Translations under genes and position numbers: made by a program
Origin: Anthoceros angustus
Taxonomy: Eukaryota > Plantae > Anthocerotophyta
Length of the DNA: 64,000 nucleotides
Reading direction: 5' to 3'
NCBI GenBank assembly: GCA_010909165.1
Contig: MU008186.1
Span: 62,001-126,000 of the forward strand
In this document: positions 60,691 to 64,000 of the stretch, one piece after another
Layout of the letters: the number at the start of each line of letters is the position of its first letter
Position numbering within the stretch: the first letter of the stretch is position 1
Notes under the pieces: generated by a model
What the model was told of the DNA's origin: nothing
The model's input: only the letters and a program-made list of their open reading frames with translations
Database searches by the model: none

Positions 60691-62069
60691 ATGCATATCC
60701 TCAAGATCAAGGTTGACAAGGGGCCGGCGCGGCTGGTGAAGCCGGCACCCGGGGGCCCGGAGCTCGTCGTGCCGCTCAGCTCCTCGGATCTTGTTGTTCC
60801 CCGAGTTCACGTCGAGATTTTGTACGCGTATCCGGCTCCCGCCGTCTCGGCGGCGGCCTTGGAGGAGGGGCTGGCCAACGTGCTGGTGCTGTACCGGGAG
60901 TGGGCCGGGAGGTTCGGGGAGGACGCGGAGGGACGGAGGGCTATCGTTTGCAACGATGAAGGAGCCGTTTTTATTGAGGCCACGGCTAACGGGACGCTGG
61001 AGGATGTGATGCCGTTCAATCCGAGTCCGCTGCTGGTGGACTTGGTGCCTGCGAATCGCGGAGTTCCTGAGCTTCTGCTGGTCCAGGTATGGCTGGGAGT
61101 CCCGCGCGCCTGACTTAATTGCGGGAAATCTGGAAATCTGTGAGGGATTTTGCTGACTCGTCTCCGTGCGTGGTGATGTTTCAGGTTACCAAATTTGCTT
61201 GCGGGGGTATTGTGGTTGGCATTGCGCGGCACCATCAGGTGGCGGACGGAGAAGGTGCTAGCAGGTTCATGAGCGATTGGGCCAGTGCCGTGCAGGGGTT
61301 GCCTGTCATTTCCGCACCCCTGCATGATCGGTCTATTCTGCGAGGGAGGGATGAGCCTGAGCCGGTGTTTGATCATATCGAGTACAAGAAGCCCGCGTCG
61401 AGTTCGGCCGACCCAGAGGTGTTTCCGCCTCTCTTGGTGAAGAAACTGCACTTCGGCCCGGAAATGTTGAAGCAGCTGAAGGCCAAGGCAGCCAGGCCAG
61501 GGGATGCGAGGGGATTCTCCACTTTTGAGTCTCTCACAGCGCACCTGTGGAGGTGCATTACCACGGCCCGGGGTGTGTCAGGAGGAGTGGTCACCAGGGC
61601 TCTGGTGGCTGCTAACGGGAGGAGGAGGTTGGTTCCCTCTGTACCCGAAGACTACTTTGGAAATGTCATCTTCCACGCCTGTCCACAAACCACTGCTCAG
61701 GAGTTGGTGGACTCGCCACTGTCATCTGCAGCAACTGTGGTGCACAATGCTATCAAACGAATGGACAACGACTACATGCGCTCGGCCATGGACTTCGTGG
61801 AGTTGCAACAGAGGAATCCTGCTCCCATCGCCAGAAGCAACAGGACTGTGCTGCGCCCCAATCTCAGTGTAACCAGTTGGGCTCAGCTTCCCCTGTACAA
61901 GGTGGATTTTGGCCATGGCACACCCGTCTACGCCGGGCCTCCAGGTGTCCCTTTCGAGGGCCTCGTCATGCTGGTTCCTGCCATGGTCAGGGACGGCAGC
62001 ATCGACGCAGTTGTGGGACTTTTCGCCCCTGAAATGGAGCGGCTTGAGGAAATAGTCTACACTGTGTAG
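60691..62069 (+). CDS. BAHD acyltransferase (exons 60691-61086, 61185-62069), clade-IV/agmatine coumaroyltransferase-like N-terminus
   Basis: HQVAD (HxxxD) and DFGHG (DFGWG-like) motifs; conserved Q|VTKF intron (98 nt, GT-AG); YREWAGR segment. Confidence 0.92.
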
Positions 62070-63217
62070 GTGTAGAAAGTTTCATCTTTCATCCTCGTTG
62101 CTCTTCCTCTCCTTTTTAGCTTTACGACATTTTTTTTGTGCAGAAAGATTGGCCTCCAGAATACCTACCTCTCTTACGAAGTTGCAGTTGGATGGCAATG
62201 TTTGAGTCCAACGCCGGAATATCGTGTCCAGTTTGTGTCCTTGGATATGGCTGAAATCAGAAAAAGGGATCTTCAATTTAGCAAGATCGGTCACGAAAAA
62301 TGGTTGGCTCTCAGTACAGACAGCACAGCGATGATACAACCCTTGGAAGTTCCACTTTACTGAGGAAAATTCGCAAGCAGGCACCATAGCGAGCAACAAG
62401 CCTGCTATCCACCCAATGTTGCTCGGCGTGCTCTTACTGCTAGGTTGATCTCATTACTAAATAAAACGCGCAATCTGAGCAAGTCTGCGGAATTGTTGCG
62501 CTTTGTCTTCCAAGCTTGGGAACTAAGCCTAATCTGAGCAAGACTGTCCCACAGTTCCACGTGCAATTCCTCATAGCTGCCATCATCCGTTGCTGGCGAA
62601 AATTTTCAGCAAAGAAGAAGAAACGGTGAACAGAGGTAGAAGCTGTCGCATCTATATTTGATGTATGTAGCGTGCGGCATAGAGTAGGCTAGGCAGCCAG
62701 CTGCGTTTCTGTGAAGCGAGTATAATAATAAGGAGCTAGGGGTTTAGCTCAACGGCAACACTTGCTGTAAATGGTAGTGGGCATCACTGAATTGAGGTGA
62801 TCCCCCTCCTGGATGGAAGATGAAACGCACACGGCAAACTAACCTACCAGGGCCCCAATCATGCAGAGCGGGGAGTCAGAGCAGGATTCATGTCGGCCAG
62901 AGTTGCCAATGCTTAGGATATGGGCCTCGATGCACGCCAATGCGTTCATGAGAAGCAGTCCGTCAGTGACTCAGAGCCGATTTCGCTATGACCCACCACG
63001 ACAGTTGGAGGAAAGGCGTGCACAAAGCATCTTCCGAAGTTCTGGCAACCCACCGGCAAGTGGCAACCTGGAAACTGCACATTGAACAGCTCATATGCGG
63101 TGGCGTGACGTGTGACAATCAGAGTCTCGGAAAAGGGTGAGGGGGTGCACCAATAGCCAGGAAGTCGCTATACCGGTAGACATGCTCCAATAATGCAGCG
63201 CCCCCATCAGCAAGACG

Positions 63218-63985
63218 TCACTGGTTCAATTGAGCTTGGCACCGTGCAAGCTGCTGGTCCAAGCTCTGCATAAAGCACATACAGCTCTGTGGAACGTGCA
63301 CACGCGCCTGTATCCTGTCCGTCCATCTCCGAAATCTGTCACGTAGGTCTTCTAAATGGCTCACCTGATTGGCGTTCGTCAGCCTCGCCGACAGTTCCTG
63401 CATAAAGTGGAGCACGAGAGGAAGCACAGGTCCCCAGCGGGTAGCCTCCTTCGGGGCTTCATTCATCACCATTACTGGCAGAAACTCGTCACTTTCCATG
63501 AGATCGAAAATGGCATTCCCGCCACTTATCCAGCTCCACACATCTGCTTCGGCCGCCTGTTGCCAGAAACGGCACTGCCATGCCCCTGTAAACCGTTCCG
63601 TCCGGTGCTGAGGCTCCTTGCAACTTAACCTTGACCATGTCCAGCAAAATTGACACGGCGGAAACGAGTGTGGCTCTGAAGTATGGGATGCGATCCCTTC
63701 GCACTCCCCCACCTTCCTCAAGCAGTCTAGATCTAAATCTATGGACGTGCCGAAAGCGACATAAAGCAGTAGCACACAGCCCATGTCTTCCTTGAGAATT
63801 GTAGGATCGGCAGAAATCAGCAGCTGAAGCACAAGATCATGAAAGCTCCCTGGTTTCTTGCTACTGGATTGACGGACACACACTGTGTCAGCGGCAGTTG
63901 TTGGATTCCTAATAGATGCCACCACTTGGTCAACCCTGCGTGTTCCCCTGCTCCTTGTGTTCTGCTCGGAGTTCTGCCAAGAATT
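63218..63985 (-). CDS. Partial gene of unknown function entering from the right edge; probably spliced
   Basis: An open frame of more than 235 aa with plausible donors (AAG|gtgggg, CAG|gtgagc) and acceptors (caacag, tatgcag). No family recognised. Confidence 0.3.
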   Translation of the reverse strand, partial: NSWQNSEQNTRSRGTRRVDQVVASIRNPTTAADTVCVRQSSSKKPGSFHDLVLQLLISADPTILKEDMGCVLLLYVAFGTSIDLDLDCLRKVGECEGIASHTSEPHSFPPCQFCWTWSRLSCKEPQHRTERFTGAWQCRFWQQAAEADVWSWISGGNAIFDLMESDEFLPVMVMNEAPKEATRWGPVLPLVLHFMQELSARLTNANQVSHLEDLRDRFRRWTDRIQARVHVPQSCMCFMQSLDQQLARCQAQLNQ

Positions 63986-64000
63986 ACATACTTGATAAAA

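Noticed and set aside
63575-63605. GTVYRG in an alternative minus frame, reminiscent of ADP-ribosyltransferases
   Set aside because: A lone short motif in a 71-aa frame with no STS or ExE motifs, probably inside an intron.
1-64000. tRNA, rRNA or spliceosomal snRNA genes
   Set aside because: No cloverleaf, rRNA core or snRNA signature recognised by eye; small ncRNAs cannot be excluded without a covariance-model search.

Overview
Eukaryotic nuclear DNA: gene-dense, with short GT-AG and a few GC-AG introns of mostly 80-160 nt. It comes from a land plant with flagellated sperm, most likely a hornwort (inference from an axonemal dynein, many PLS-class PPR loci, and DYW:KP/WW-type C-terminal signatures). 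In order along the window: an orphan ORF; a ~255/277-bp higher-order tandem array with LRR-like remnants; a MORN3-like gene; a truncated intron-containing BCCP fragment absent from the ORF track; a long seipin; a PLS-E PPR ending in a KP-like box; two tandem serpins with different reactive centres; a KRI1 pseudogene; a Gypsy/PHD remnant; a ~170-bp inverted-repeat pair enclosing an isolated DYW:KP deaminase fragment (Pack-element-like); a repeat-rich ZZ-zinc-finger protein preceded by an in-frame polyQ tract broken only by TAG codons; a 22-kb inner-arm I1-beta dynein heavy chain gene; a very long PLS PPR with recently amplified 312-bp triplets, whose frameshifts are nearly all homopolymer deletions; a DYW:KP PPR pseudogene; a clade-IV-like BAHD acyltransferase; and a partial unknown gene. 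The strongest theme is the birth, reshuffling, mobilisation and decay of organellar RNA-editing factors, including the DYW:KP (U-to-C) class. All family assignments come from motif recognition by eye; no database search was run.
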